Below, piece after piece: positions 1 through 9,532 of a stretch of 64,000 nucleotides of DNA (the stretch's first letter is position 1; each line of letters starts with the position of its first letter). Below the pieces are notes generated by a model. The model was not told the DNA's origin, searched no databases, and saw nothing but the letters and a program-made list of their open reading frames with translations. Both the position numbers and the translations under genes were made by a program. Origin of the DNA: an uncultured Burkholderiales bacterium (lineage in GTDB: Bacteria; Pseudomonadota; Gammaproteobacteria; Burkholderiales; Burkholderiaceae_C); assembly GCA_903871545.1 (NCBI GenBank), contig CAIQHG010000018.1, forward strand, positions 5,163 to 69,162. The letters are read 5' to 3'.

Positions 1-47
1 TGTTGAACAAAAGCTTAGTAATATAAGAATTAAAGTAAAACTTAAGA

Positions 48-1142
48 TTGGCAGAGTTAATGATTGAATATTTTTGGAAAATTTACGCCAGGCTGATAGT
101 GGCTTTTACAGTTTGTATTTTGGCTTCCTCCGCACAGGCAGCAGCAGATAATGAGATACAGGGAGCTGGATCGTCGCTGTCAAATACGCTTATGCAAAGA
201 CTTTTGGGGCAGTATGGCCCTGCTCATAGAGTAGATATTACGTATAAGGCAGTAGGATCTGGTGAAGGCATTAAAAGTATAGCCGCTGCAACTGTTGACT
301 TTGCCTTGACGGATGTCCCCTTGACTAAATATGAATTGGAATTGCTAGGGGTAATTCAATTTCCAGTATTTTTGAGCGCCATAACTCCAATTGTGAACAT
401 ACCTGGATTACCGATTGGATCAGTGAAGCTGAGTGGTCCCTTATTAGCTGCGATTTATTTAGGACGAATCCAAAACTGGAACGATCCTAGCATTGCCGCA
501 TTGAATCCTGATTTAACTCTTCCTAACCTGGCGATCTTAGTTGTTACACGTTCTGATGCATCGGGGTCAAGTTATGTTTTTACGGGCTATTTAAGCAAAG
601 AAAGCAAAGAGTGGGCTAATTCTTTAGGTATTGGTTCAAAACTTAAATGGCCAACTGGCCAAAGCGTAAGAGGGGCAGAGGGGGTTATAAAAGCGGTCAA
701 TCAAATTCCTGGCGCCATTGGCTATGTCGAATACGGAGACGCACTTCGTAATAAAGCATCTATTGTTCAATTAAAGGTGGGGGACACTTTTGCAAACCCA
801 AGCTTTGATTCGCTTAAACAAATTAGCGCCACGCTTCGCTTCGGTACCAGCAGTTACTACCCCTTAACGGTAGAGGAGGGTTTGCCCGAGTCACATTGGC
901 CTATGCTTGCTGTAACCTACTCATTAATAAGACGAGTATGCGTAGATGATCAAGATGCCAGAGACACACTACTTTTCTTTGATTGGATACTTACCCATAA
1001 AAATTCTGTTTTCCAAGAGCTGCATATGATCACCCCACAAAGCGGTGCTCTCTTGGCGAGCATTCGTAAAAAATTCAGTGAAGTTGTTAATGTAAAGGGT
1101 ACTGTGATACAAACGTTCGAGCCTTTAAAGGTTGCCCCATGA
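48..1142 (+). CDS. PstS-family phosphate-binding periplasmic protein (divergent second copy)
   Basis: Signal peptide, then GAGSSL, GSGEG, FALTD, RSDASGS and GAIGYVE, matching the PstS motifs GAGA(T/S)FP, GSGAG, FGASD and RSDGSGT. Start may be TTG 48 or ATG 60. Confidence 0.85.
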   Translation: MAELMIEYFWKIYARLIVAFTVCILASSAQAAADNEIQGAGSSLSNTLMQRLLGQYGPAHRVDITYKAVGSGEGIKSIAAATVDFALTDVPLTKYELELLGVIQFPVFLSAITPIVNIPGLPIGSVKLSGPLLAAIYLGRIQNWNDPSIAALNPDLTLPNLAILVVTRSDASGSSYVFTGYLSKESKEWANSLGIGSKLKWPTGQSVRGAEGVIKAVNQIPGAIGYVEYGDALRNKASIVQLKVGDTFANPSFDSLKQISATLRFGTSSYYPLTVEEGLPESHWPMLAVTYSLIRRVCVDDQDARDTLLFFDWILTHKNSVFQELHMITPQSGALLASIRKKFSEVVNVKGTVIQTFEPLKVAP

Positions 1143-1549
1143 AGTCCATTAGCCCAATTAGACTTTGTGTAGCTTTAATTGCGCTAATCTTTACGCAACA
1201 AGCTTACTGCGCGGGTTCTTCTGTTGCTAATAAAAGTGTAAAAATATTTAAAGAGCTCATCGTTGAGGGGGAGCGGCCCGAGATAAGCTCATGCTTGACT
1301 GCGGCCATACAGTCTGTGAAAGTAAACCCAGTTTATAGCAAAATTAATTGGGAACCTGAAATGTCCATCGGCGCCGTCGTCAAGGAATATTTGGTAAGCG
1401 GTTCTTTGGTAAAAGAAACCACCTTGAAAGCATTAGCGCTTGTGCGTGATGAAAGATTGCTGCATCTAGATAACTGGACGAACGTTACGATTAATTGTCA
1501 ACAGATCAACGAGGGTAAGCCAATATTAAGCTTCAAGAAAGATTTTTAA
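1139..1549 (+). CDS. Hypothetical secreted protein
   Basis: 136 aa with an N-terminal signal peptide (LCVALIALIFTQQAYC). ATGA overlap with the upstream stop; terminator follows. Confidence 0.7.
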   Translation: MKSISPIRLCVALIALIFTQQAYCAGSSVANKSVKIFKELIVEGERPEISSCLTAAIQSVKVNPVYSKINWEPEMSIGAVVKEYLVSGSLVKETTLKALALVRDERLLHLDNWTNVTINCQQINEGKPILSFKKDF

Positions 1550-1571
1550 TTAAACTATTTTTTTAAAATCT

Positions 1572-1609
1572 AAGACCTGTCACAGTTCCTTGATGTGTCA
1601 GGTCTTTTT
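1572..1609 (+). terminator. Rho-independent terminator
   Basis: AAGACCTGTCACA...TGTGTCAGGTCTT stem (one mismatch) running into a T tract just after the 1549 stop. Confidence 0.75.
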
Positions 1610-1811
1610 GTTATTCTCTAGTTTTTTCGAATTTGTGGGCTCGGCGAAAAGGCCAAGTTCTAAAACATTGCTTAAGCGATTATTTTGGAGACGGCAAAGA
1701 CGGTCGCCATTAAAGAGCAAATCTTTGATCTTAATCAATGCTCAAAAGCAAACTATCTTTAGATAAATAGCTCGCTCGCAAGAAATATCTTTAAGATCAG
1801 ATTTCTATAGT

Positions 1812-3674
1812 TTGTCCGAAGTGACTATTGATTCGGCTCATCTTGAATTTAGAAAGTGTCCTCTGATAAAAATTAAAGTAAATCATGGTTCGCCTTATTT
1901 AGTAGATTCTTTTTTTTCAGTAAGCGAGAAAATTACGGCAATTTATTATCCGAAAAATTTTTCACCCTACGATATAAATTTTCAAGCCAATCCACACTGG
2001 ATTTGGGTCGGATTGGGCTCGTTATCTGCTTTCGCGGGTATTTGTTGGGCAATGGGAAAAAGTCTAAGTCAGATATCTAATAGCCATTCCTCTCTAAACG
2101 ATCTCTCCAAGCTCTGGGCAATGCGAATAATTCAGTTTGTTGGGTTGCTTTTGTTTGTTGCAATATCTCTTAAGTTGACAGTGCTATCCGATTTATCAAG
2201 TTTAGGTATTTTGATGTATTTGAGCATGAGCTGTCTGTTTGGATTGATGGGCGGGGTATTGGGTAAATTGATAGCCTATAGGGTTAAGGATAGAGCAAAA
2301 ACTAACTCTGGTTTAAGAGATATAAGAGAGGTCGACCATTGGTTTAAGGACATGAAAGCATATGACCCGATTGAATATATCGACATAAATAAAGGAGTTT
2401 TTGTGGGACTTGAGCAGGTCTTAGACGGAGAAATATCAAATACAAGTGGTAAATCTAATCCAATTTACGTGCCTTGGCCGCTATTTAGAGAAACCCATGC
2501 ACAAATACTGGGGTCAACTGGTAGCGGCAAGGGAATATCTTTAGGCGTTTTGAGTTATCAGTTTATTTTAAATAAGGAGGCGCTGATCGTGTTTGATCCT
2601 AAGGGCGATGCAAGGTTGCCGCTGGTTTTGACTTTAGCGGCGAGCAAAATCGGATCCGAACTCGTTCACCTTGACCTACAAGCTGAAGCCTTTCCTCAGT
2701 TTAATATCTTAGAGAGTGCCAGTGCCATTGAAATTGAGGAGTTATTGGTGGCTGGTCTCGGACTGCAGCCCTCCAGTGGAGATGGGAACTACTATAGAGG
2801 GATCGATCAAGACGCAGCAGAGCAGGTCTCCAAAATTGCTAAAGCCTCACAACTCACAAAAACAATTGCCTTGCCTGAGTTGTTGAAAATTGCTCAAACT
2901 AATAAGCATCTAAGTAAGGCTGATAATTTTGTAAGGCGGCTCAGGCAAGTCTGTGATCTTAAAGCCATACAAACCACTCACGGCATCAATATTTCTGAAC
3001 ATATAAAAAAAGGTCATGTAATCTACATAAGAGGGAGCACTGATAACCACCGAGTCAAAATGCTGCAAACAATGCTCTTAATTCGAATATTACAAATCGT
3101 CAAGTCTCGCTATCTTGAGGACTCTAAGAGCCAAATAAAGAGATCTGTTTGCATGGTACTGGATGAATTCAAGCACCTGTTGTCACCAGTCGCGCTCGAT
3201 ATGTTGGGCGTCGTGAGAGAGATGGGATGTCACGCGCTCTTGGCTCACCAATCCTTAGCTGATTTGGCGGCTTGTCCTGGACTTGATAGAAAGGATGTCG
3301 AGCCTGTTGTTGTGGACAATGCAACTTTAAAACTTGTCTTTAGAATTGGGGATGAGCAAGCGGCAAAGGGGTTTGCAAATAAATCAGGGCAGCAAAAAGT
3401 CTATAAAGAAACTATAAAGCCTGCCCAAAGCTCTATTGAGTACGACAAAAGCTGGGCAGAAGCTCAACACACCCGAATTAGCCAGGATATGTTTTTGCAT
3501 CTTCACCGACCCAGTGAATCAAAATCCCCCTATACAGCAGGCGTCTTATTTGGATTAGGTCTAGCAAAATTATTTTCCTTGTCCCCCGTTATGGTGAGCG
3601 GCTCACTTGACCCTCCGCTAAGAGCACCTATTCAAACGCAAATTAATGTGGCTAGTCTTGAGGACTTAATTTAA
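1812..3674 (+). CDS. mobB: Type IV coupling protein (MobB/TraD/VirD4-like)
   Basis: N-terminal TM helices, Walker A GSTGSGKG, VFDPKGD, Walker B VLDEFKH, and AHQSLADL / DNATLKLVFR motifs. The only in-frame start is TTG, so the start is uncertain. Confidence 0.85.
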   Translation: MSEVTIDSAHLEFRKCPLIKIKVNHGSPYLVDSFFSVSEKITAIYYPKNFSPYDINFQANPHWIWVGLGSLSAFAGICWAMGKSLSQISNSHSSLNDLSKLWAMRIIQFVGLLLFVAISLKLTVLSDLSSLGILMYLSMSCLFGLMGGVLGKLIAYRVKDRAKTNSGLRDIREVDHWFKDMKAYDPIEYIDINKGVFVGLEQVLDGEISNTSGKSNPIYVPWPLFRETHAQILGSTGSGKGISLGVLSYQFILNKEALIVFDPKGDARLPLVLTLAASKIGSELVHLDLQAEAFPQFNILESASAIEIEELLVAGLGLQPSSGDGNYYRGIDQDAAEQVSKIAKASQLTKTIALPELLKIAQTNKHLSKADNFVRRLRQVCDLKAIQTTHGINISEHIKKGHVIYIRGSTDNHRVKMLQTMLLIRILQIVKSRYLEDSKSQIKRSVCMVLDEFKHLLSPVALDMLGVVREMGCHALLAHQSLADLAACPGLDRKDVEPVVVDNATLKLVFRIGDEQAAKGFANKSGQQKVYKETIKPAQSSIEYDKSWAEAQHTRISQDMFLHLHRPSESKSPYTAGVLFGLGLAKLFSLSPVMVSGSLDPPLRAPIQTQINVASLEDLI

Positions 3675-3715
3675 ATCTAAGATTTAAGTTAGACAAAATA
3701 ACCCAAATATGCAAC

Positions 3716-4501
3716 ATGCAACTTAGATTGATCTCAACACCAAAGGCTCAGTCTCAACTTTTGATACTTAATTTTTTGAAGTTAGAGTCATGGACAAATG
3801 ATAAAAATCTGTGTGAATTATTGGAAATAAATACCAAACAATTGAAAATTATTTTAAATCCATTGATAGAAGAAAAACTAGTTAAACGAGTTTTACAAGA
3901 AATTATGGGAGGTAAGACTCAACTCTACGGCATCACCCACTCTGGCTGTAAAAGATTTGACCAATTGAGACTATCAACCCTGCATTCCAATGATGTAATT
4001 GCAAATAAAATGCAATCTACGCCCAGTTTACTCACTGAACGAATCTCGCCTACATTCGTGCCTCACAGACTTGATATTCAAATGCTGCGGATCAAAGCAG
4101 AGAGGGCGGGTTGGACTGATTGGGTAAGCGCTGACTTGGGCAGGTCTGTATGTGTTCGAGAGCGTAACCCCCTCAAGCTAGGCGGGTCTCTGGCAGAAAG
4201 AGCTTTTAGACCTGACGCCTGGTGTACAGACCCTCAAAAACAAAGGGTCTGCGTAGAATGCGAACGCACGATGAAATCAAAGATCCGTTATAGCCAAATA
4301 CTGTGTGATTATTTACTGGCTCTAAAAAGGGGAGAGTTTGAGCGGGTGATTTGGGTATGCCCCGATCAAAAGATTAGGCAAAGCTTACAAAACACGATCA
4401 TGTCAATCACTCACGTACAAATCGGATCCCTTATGGTAGTTGTTCCAAGAGGGCGCTTCGATCAATTAAGTTTTATGACTTTTGACGAATGGGCGAATTA
4501 A
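3716..4501 (+). CDS. mobC: MOBC-type relaxase (replication-relaxation family)
   Basis: N-terminal wHTH-like region (LYGITHSG), HRLDIQ, restriction-like active site RPDA...VECERTMKSKIRY; directly downstream of a coupling protein, as in CloDF13-type mobBC. Confidence 0.8.
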   Translation: MQLRLISTPKAQSQLLILNFLKLESWTNDKNLCELLEINTKQLKIILNPLIEEKLVKRVLQEIMGGKTQLYGITHSGCKRFDQLRLSTLHSNDVIANKMQSTPSLLTERISPTFVPHRLDIQMLRIKAERAGWTDWVSADLGRSVCVRERNPLKLGGSLAERAFRPDAWCTDPQKQRVCVECERTMKSKIRYSQILCDYLLALKRGEFERVIWVCPDQKIRQSLQNTIMSITHVQIGSLMVVVPRGRFDQLSFMTFDEWAN

Positions 4502-4713
4502 AATCCAACTGGAGGCCTTCTGCCCTGAGCCAATGACTTTGTGATGACTCTTTTTTTAGCGCCTAAGGTGTAACCTTGAGACATGCTTCCTGCTGTTCCT
4601 CCTAAAATTTTAACAAACACCAATCCAATGAGAATAGGAAAAAATACAATCGCAGCAAAATAAAGCATGATATTTTCTAAATTGAATTTTTTAAATAGAT
4701 CTGAAAAATTCAT
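4498..4713 (-). CDS. Small hypothetical membrane protein
   Basis: 71 aa, one hydrophobic helix, SD-like AGAGG upstream of ATG; stop overlaps the mobC stop. Confidence 0.55.
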   Translation of the reverse strand: MNFSDLFKKFNLENIMLYFAAIVFFPILIGLVFVKILGGTAGSMSQGYTLGAKKRVITKSLAQGRRPPVGF

Positions 4714-4854
4714 AAATTGACCTCTTTGATGTAGAAACGCTATGGTGTGTTAATCTACATAATCGGCACAAAACTAAAAAACTTGAATTTTTAATCAAAC
4801 TTTCGTTAAACGAAGCCGATATGAGGAAAACAGTCTTGTCAGTACCAAGATTAC

Positions 4855-5265
4855 CTACCAGGCACACACAAAGTAAAGCAACTGTTGTTCGTTTTTATTT
4901 TTTCCAGATGGGATCCATTCAGACTGATAATCCATTGTTCTTACAACTTTGCCAGTACCCATCCGATCGGCAAACCCAACCGCATTAATGGATTTAGCAC
5001 TGGCTGTGTCACAGTTAAATTCTTCGAATGATTTTATCGATCTTTGACCAGAGGCATCTGTACGTCGCAAGTCGTAGAGAACATCCATTCTTTTATTTCG
5101 ACCTATTCGAACAATAGTACCCGTATCTGCGTAGACACTGACGTCCGCGTTTTCAGTGACTTTCATCCAAAAGGCAAGGCATTCGTGGGTGAATATCCCA
5201 GAGACTAGGAGCGCGGAAAAAATACACTTGCAACTGAGTTTGGATAAAGAGCGGAAATTCTTCAT
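4855..5265 (-). CDS. Surface-adhesin E-like secreted protein
   Basis: Signal peptide, then W..V.....VSVYAD..TI, EEFNC, MGTGKVV and a terminal C, typical of this small exported beta-sheet family. Confidence 0.6.
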   Translation of the reverse strand: MKNFRSLSKLSCKCIFSALLVSGIFTHECLAFWMKVTENADVSVYADTGTIVRIGRNKRMDVLYDLRRTDASGQRSIKSFEEFNCDTASAKSINAVGFADRMGTGKVVRTMDYQSEWIPSGKNKNEQQLLYFVCAW

Positions 5266-5293
5266 AAGGGAATTTTATGCGTCAGCAATTTGA

Positions 5294-8200
5294 TCATTTG
5301 ATTTTAGAGTGATCCGTTGCAATAAACAAGTACATTGCAGGAACTACAAAAAGGGTAAATAACGTCCCAATCGAAAGACCTGTGAATATTACTAAACCCA
5401 TTGAGAATCGACCCGCAGCCCCTGCTCCGGAGGCTACAACAAGGGGTATCACACCAAACACCATCGCCGATGTTGTCATTAAGATCGGCCTTAAACGGAT
5501 GCCAGCAGCCTGCTCTATTGCCGCTCTTTTTTCGACCCCCTTCTTTTGAAGTTGGTTGGCCACTTCGACAATTAATATTCCGTGTTTACTAATCAAACCC
5601 ATGAGGGTTACCAGGCCTACTTCCGTATATATATTAATAGATGTAAAGCCCAGGAAAATAAACATCATTGCACCAAATAACGCCAAAGGGACAGATACCA
5701 AAATAACGATGGGATCCCTAAAACTCTCAAACTGTGCGGCGAGCGCCAAAAAGACAATAATGATTGCAAATAAAAGGGTAGTAACGAATCCTCCGGACTC
5801 TTTCATGAATTGCCTGGATTGACCCGCATAGTCAACGCTATAGCCTGAGGGGGCTACTTCTGTTACTGTATTTCTTAAGAACTCAAGTACTTCTCCTTGA
5901 GATGCTCCAGACACCCCTATGATGGTTGCGGAGTTTAGTTGCTGAAAACGGTTGATTGATTCAGGTACAACACTGTATTCGATCCGGGCAACCGTGCTAG
6001 CTTGAATAAGTTGGCCGGTGGGTAATTTGATCGTGAAGTCCAATACGTCGGATGGGTTTAATCGGTCAACTTGCTGCACTTGAGGGATGACTTTGTAGGA
6101 CCTACCAGCAATAGTGAAGTAATTTACGTATCCGCCCCCTAAAGCAGAGCTCATGGAGTTACCTACATCTGCCTCGGTTAGGCCTAGAGCTGCAATTTTG
6201 TCCCTATCTACAACCAAAGTAGCTTGGGGCTTATCCACTTTTAGGTCCACATCGACGAAATAAAATTTCCCAGACGCTCTCGCCTTGTCCATGACTTGTT
6301 GGGCAACAAGGTTTAAATTTTGGTAAGGCTCGGTGGTGGATAATACAAATTGAACTGGTAGACCTGATGATCCGGGCAGTGCAGGGAATAAAAAAGCTGC
6401 AACTCTAGTGCCTGCAATTTGATTCCATTTTTGTTGTAAATCAATTTGAATCTGTTTCGCACTTCTTGTTCTCTCGTCCCAATTTTTAAGCAAAACGCCC
6501 CCTATGCCAGAATTGATCGTAGGTACACCCGTGATCTGGAACATTTGCTGGTATTCAGGTATTGATTTGGCGACTTTATAAATCTGGTCAGCGTACGTGA
6601 GCATTTGATCAGATGTTGAAGTGGGCGGTCCGGTGACCAATGAGATCACTATTCCTTGGTCCTCATCAGGAGCCAACTCGGAGCGGGACATCTTAAACAT
6701 GACGACCAACAAGGCCAACAGCAGCGCGCCCATAACGATTAAAACAGGCCAAGTGTGAAGAATGCTGTGTAGGATTTTTAGATAACGGGAATGTACGCGC
6801 TCAAAAGTTTTGTCAATTTTTTGAACAAATGTATTGTTCGTATCCTCGGGCTTCAAAAATCTGGAGCACATCATAGGGGATAGGGTCAAGGCAACAACAC
6901 CAGAGATCGTCACAGAGCCGGCCAATGTAAAGGCAAACTCAGTAAACAAAGCCCCTGTTAAACCGCCTTGAAATCCGATAGGAATATAAACGGCAATGAG
7001 AACCAGGGTCATTGCGATAATAGGGCTTCCTAACTCCCGGGCGGCGAGGAGGGCTGATTCAAAGGCGCTTTTACCTTCCTCTTTCATGTGTCTGTCTACA
7101 TTCTCAACCACAATAATGGCGTCATCGACGACCAAACCAATTGCGAGAACAAGAGCCAATAATGTGAGTAAATTAATGGAGTATCCAAGCACCAGCATCC
7201 CTAAAAAAGTGCCGATGAGAGACAAAGGCATTGCAATCACTGGAATAATGACGGCTCTTAAATTGCCTAAGAAAAGAAAAATAACAACCGTGACGATTAA
7301 AAGCGCTTCTCCCAAAGTTTTCATAACCTCTATGATTGAGGTATTGATAAAGGAGGTAGAGTCATAAACAATCTCTCCTGTTAACCCACTGGGGAGTGCA
7401 TTTCGAATACCAGGAAATACGTTTCTTACCCTTTGTGCAACCTCTAATATATTAGCCTCAGGAGCTACTTTGATGCCCAAAAAAACTGAGCGTACACCGC
7501 TAAACGCTACATTAAAGTCATAATTCTCTGACCCTAGGCTGATGGTTGCAACATCCTCTAGCCTGACTATTGAATTGCCAGTTTGTTTAATTGCTAATAG
7601 TTTAAACTCATCAACAGAATGAAGATCTGTGCCAGCGGTTAAAGGAATCGTCACCATCTGTCCCTTAGAGGCTCCAAGTGTGGCCAGAAAGTTATTGTTC
7701 CCTAGTGCCCTGCTGACCTCGGCGGCTGTGACGTTATGAGCGGCCATCTTGGAGGAGTCGAGCCAGGCTCGGAGGGCAAAAAGCCTACCTCCCAATAATT
7801 CTGCGGTTTGCACGCCCTCTATGGAATCGAGTTTTGGTTTAACAACTCTAATCAGATAGTCAGTGACGTTATTGGTTGGCAGCACATCGCTGTAGAAACC
7901 TAAATACATCGCATCCGTTGTTTGACCCATTTGAACAGTTAAAACGGGTTGCTGAGCCTGAGCGGGAAGCTGGTTTCGAACACTGGCGACTTGAGTGTTG
8001 ATTTCAGTTAAAGCGCGATTAGCGTCGTAGTTTAAGCGAAGGGTTGCTGTGATCGTTGAGACGCCGCTTGTACTGCTAGAGGAGAGGTAATCGATGCCCT
8101 GAGCCTGAGCGATCGCAGATTCAAGGGGCTGAGTGATAAACCCAGCAATGGACTGGGCGTCGGCACCAAAGTAAGTGGTGCTGATGGTGACCACTGCATT

Positions 8201-8323
8201 TTGAGTTTTTGGATACTGATTCACCGGTAGACTAAATACCGCTTTGAGTCCCAACACAACTATAAAGAGTGAAACGACAGAGGACAGTACGGGTCTGCGG
8301 ATGAAGATATCTGTAAAGTTCAT
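5294..8323 (-). CDS. RND efflux permease (MexW/MexI-like)
   Basis: 1009 aa; MNFTDIFIRRPV start, GLVVDDAIIVVENV and RLRPILMTT motifs. Confidence 0.95.
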   Translation of the reverse strand: MNFTDIFIRRPVLSSVVSLFIVVLGLKAVFSLPVNQYPKTQNAVVTISTTYFGADAQSIAGFITQPLESAIAQAQGIDYLSSSSTSGVSTITATLRLNYDANRALTEINTQVASVRNQLPAQAQQPVLTVQMGQTTDAMYLGFYSDVLPTNNVTDYLIRVVKPKLDSIEGVQTAELLGGRLFALRAWLDSSKMAAHNVTAAEVSRALGNNNFLATLGASKGQMVTIPLTAGTDLHSVDEFKLLAIKQTGNSIVRLEDVATISLGSENYDFNVAFSGVRSVFLGIKVAPEANILEVAQRVRNVFPGIRNALPSGLTGEIVYDSTSFINTSIIEVMKTLGEALLIVTVVIFLFLGNLRAVIIPVIAMPLSLIGTFLGMLVLGYSINLLTLLALVLAIGLVVDDAIIVVENVDRHMKEEGKSAFESALLAARELGSPIIAMTLVLIAVYIPIGFQGGLTGALFTEFAFTLAGSVTISGVVALTLSPMMCSRFLKPEDTNNTFVQKIDKTFERVHSRYLKILHSILHTWPVLIVMGALLLALLVVMFKMSRSELAPDEDQGIVISLVTGPPTSTSDQMLTYADQIYKVAKSIPEYQQMFQITGVPTINSGIGGVLLKNWDERTRSAKQIQIDLQQKWNQIAGTRVAAFLFPALPGSSGLPVQFVLSTTEPYQNLNLVAQQVMDKARASGKFYFVDVDLKVDKPQATLVVDRDKIAALGLTEADVGNSMSSALGGGYVNYFTIAGRSYKVIPQVQQVDRLNPSDVLDFTIKLPTGQLIQASTVARIEYSVVPESINRFQQLNSATIIGVSGASQGEVLEFLRNTVTEVAPSGYSVDYAGQSRQFMKESGGFVTTLLFAIIIVFLALAAQFESFRDPIVILVSVPLALFGAMMFIFLGFTSINIYTEVGLVTLMGLISKHGILIVEVANQLQKKGVEKRAAIEQAAGIRLRPILMTTSAMVFGVIPLVVASGAGAAGRFSMGLVIFTGLSIGTLFTLFVVPAMYLFIATDHSKIK

Positions 8324-8352
8324 TTTTTAAAATCCCACTTTGGTTATTTCGC

Positions 8353-9480
8353 TCACTTCTCTTGCGGAGTGGGACTCGCACTATTGGCGGGCAAGACCGT
8401 GTTGTCTATTACTAAAGGGGTGTCGTTCTTTAATTTGATCATCCCGCTAGTAACAACGTCTTGCCCGGGCTCAATTCCTTTTAATATCGCAACTTGGTCT
8501 CCTCTAGTGTCCCCTGTAGTAACAAAGACTTGCTGAGCCACTAATGGTTTTTTGCCGCTTGCATCTGCTTTTTCAGATATCTTGGCAATAAAGACAGTCG
8601 ACCCGTAGGGGTTGTACGTTATTGCTGTTTGTGGAATGGTCAGGTATTTCTTTTTTGCACCTATCAGAACGTTGACATTTGCGAACATGCCCGGTAAAAG
8701 TAAGTGGTTTGAATTGTCCAGGGTAGCTTGAACCTGAATATTTCGCATGGCTGTGTCAACTTTAGGATTGATTGCAGTAATGTGAGCCACAAAAGTTTTT
8801 CCTGGGTAAGAGTCGCTTGTTAGGTTTACAGTTTGACCTTTGGAGATTTGGGAGAGTTTTTGCTCAGGTAAATAAAAATCAGCATATAAAGAGTTGATGT
8901 TTTGAATGGGAACAATTTTGTCACCCGGGTTAAGGTATTGGCCTGGAATAATGGTTGTGATACCAAGTTTCCCAGCAAATGGAGCTCGTATTGACTTTTT
9001 CTCTAAAGTGGCAAGTTGTTGATCTGCGATTGCTTTTTTGCTTTTTAAATCGGCAAGATCGTTATCCACCTGCGCCTGAGAGACTGCTTGAGCCGCTAAC
9101 TGAGCCTGATCGCGCTTTAGCACAACTTCTGCAAGCTCTGCGGCAGCGCTGGCGGCGCGCCAAGAAGCATTGTCCGTATCAGCGTTCAATTGAATCAGCA
9201 GTTGACCCATCTGTACCTCCTCACCGGATCGGAAATTAACGGTACGCACCAAACCTGCAATTTCGCTTGACACATCTACGCCGCGAGTTGGTGACAACGA
9301 GCCTATGGCGGAGATTTGCGGTTGCCACTCAATCATTTCCGCTTTAATGGTGCTTACGGTTTGAGGACCTGGCTTAGGGACACTGGCTATAAGTTTTTGA
9401 ATATTTAAATAAAAACCAAACCCCAGGCCAGCAATTAACAAGAGCACTGCGCCGAGCATGATAAGCATGCGTTTTGTCAT
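8353..9480 (-). CDS. RND periplasmic adaptor (membrane fusion protein)
   Basis: MTKRMLIML signal anchor, IRAPFAG and LLPGMFA motifs. Start moved to ATG 9480 (ORF track gives 9555). Confidence 0.92.
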   Translation of the reverse strand: MTKRMLIMLGAVLLLIAGLGFGFYLNIQKLIASVPKPGPQTVSTIKAEMIEWQPQISAIGSLSPTRGVDVSSEIAGLVRTVNFRSGEEVQMGQLLIQLNADTDNASWRAASAAAELAEVVLKRDQAQLAAQAVSQAQVDNDLADLKSKKAIADQQLATLEKKSIRAPFAGKLGITTIIPGQYLNPGDKIVPIQNINSLYADFYLPEQKLSQISKGQTVNLTSDSYPGKTFVAHITAINPKVDTAMRNIQVQATLDNSNHLLLPGMFANVNVLIGAKKKYLTIPQTAITYNPYGSTVFIAKISEKADASGKKPLVAQQVFVTTGDTRGDQVAILKGIEPGQDVVTSGMIKLKNDTPLVIDNTVLPANSASPTPQEK

Positions 9481-9532
9481 GATAGTAAAACTCTCAAAAT
9501 AAGTTAATGTTGAAGATAGGAGGATATGTGGA

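Larger units (their letters stand above)
1610..4501 (+). mobile_element. Putative mobilisation module (mobB-mobC with candidate oriT region), probably an IME/plasmid remnant
   Basis: mobB-mobC pair. No integrase, rep, virB genes or att sites seen in the window, so the boundaries are unknown. Confidence 0.4.
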
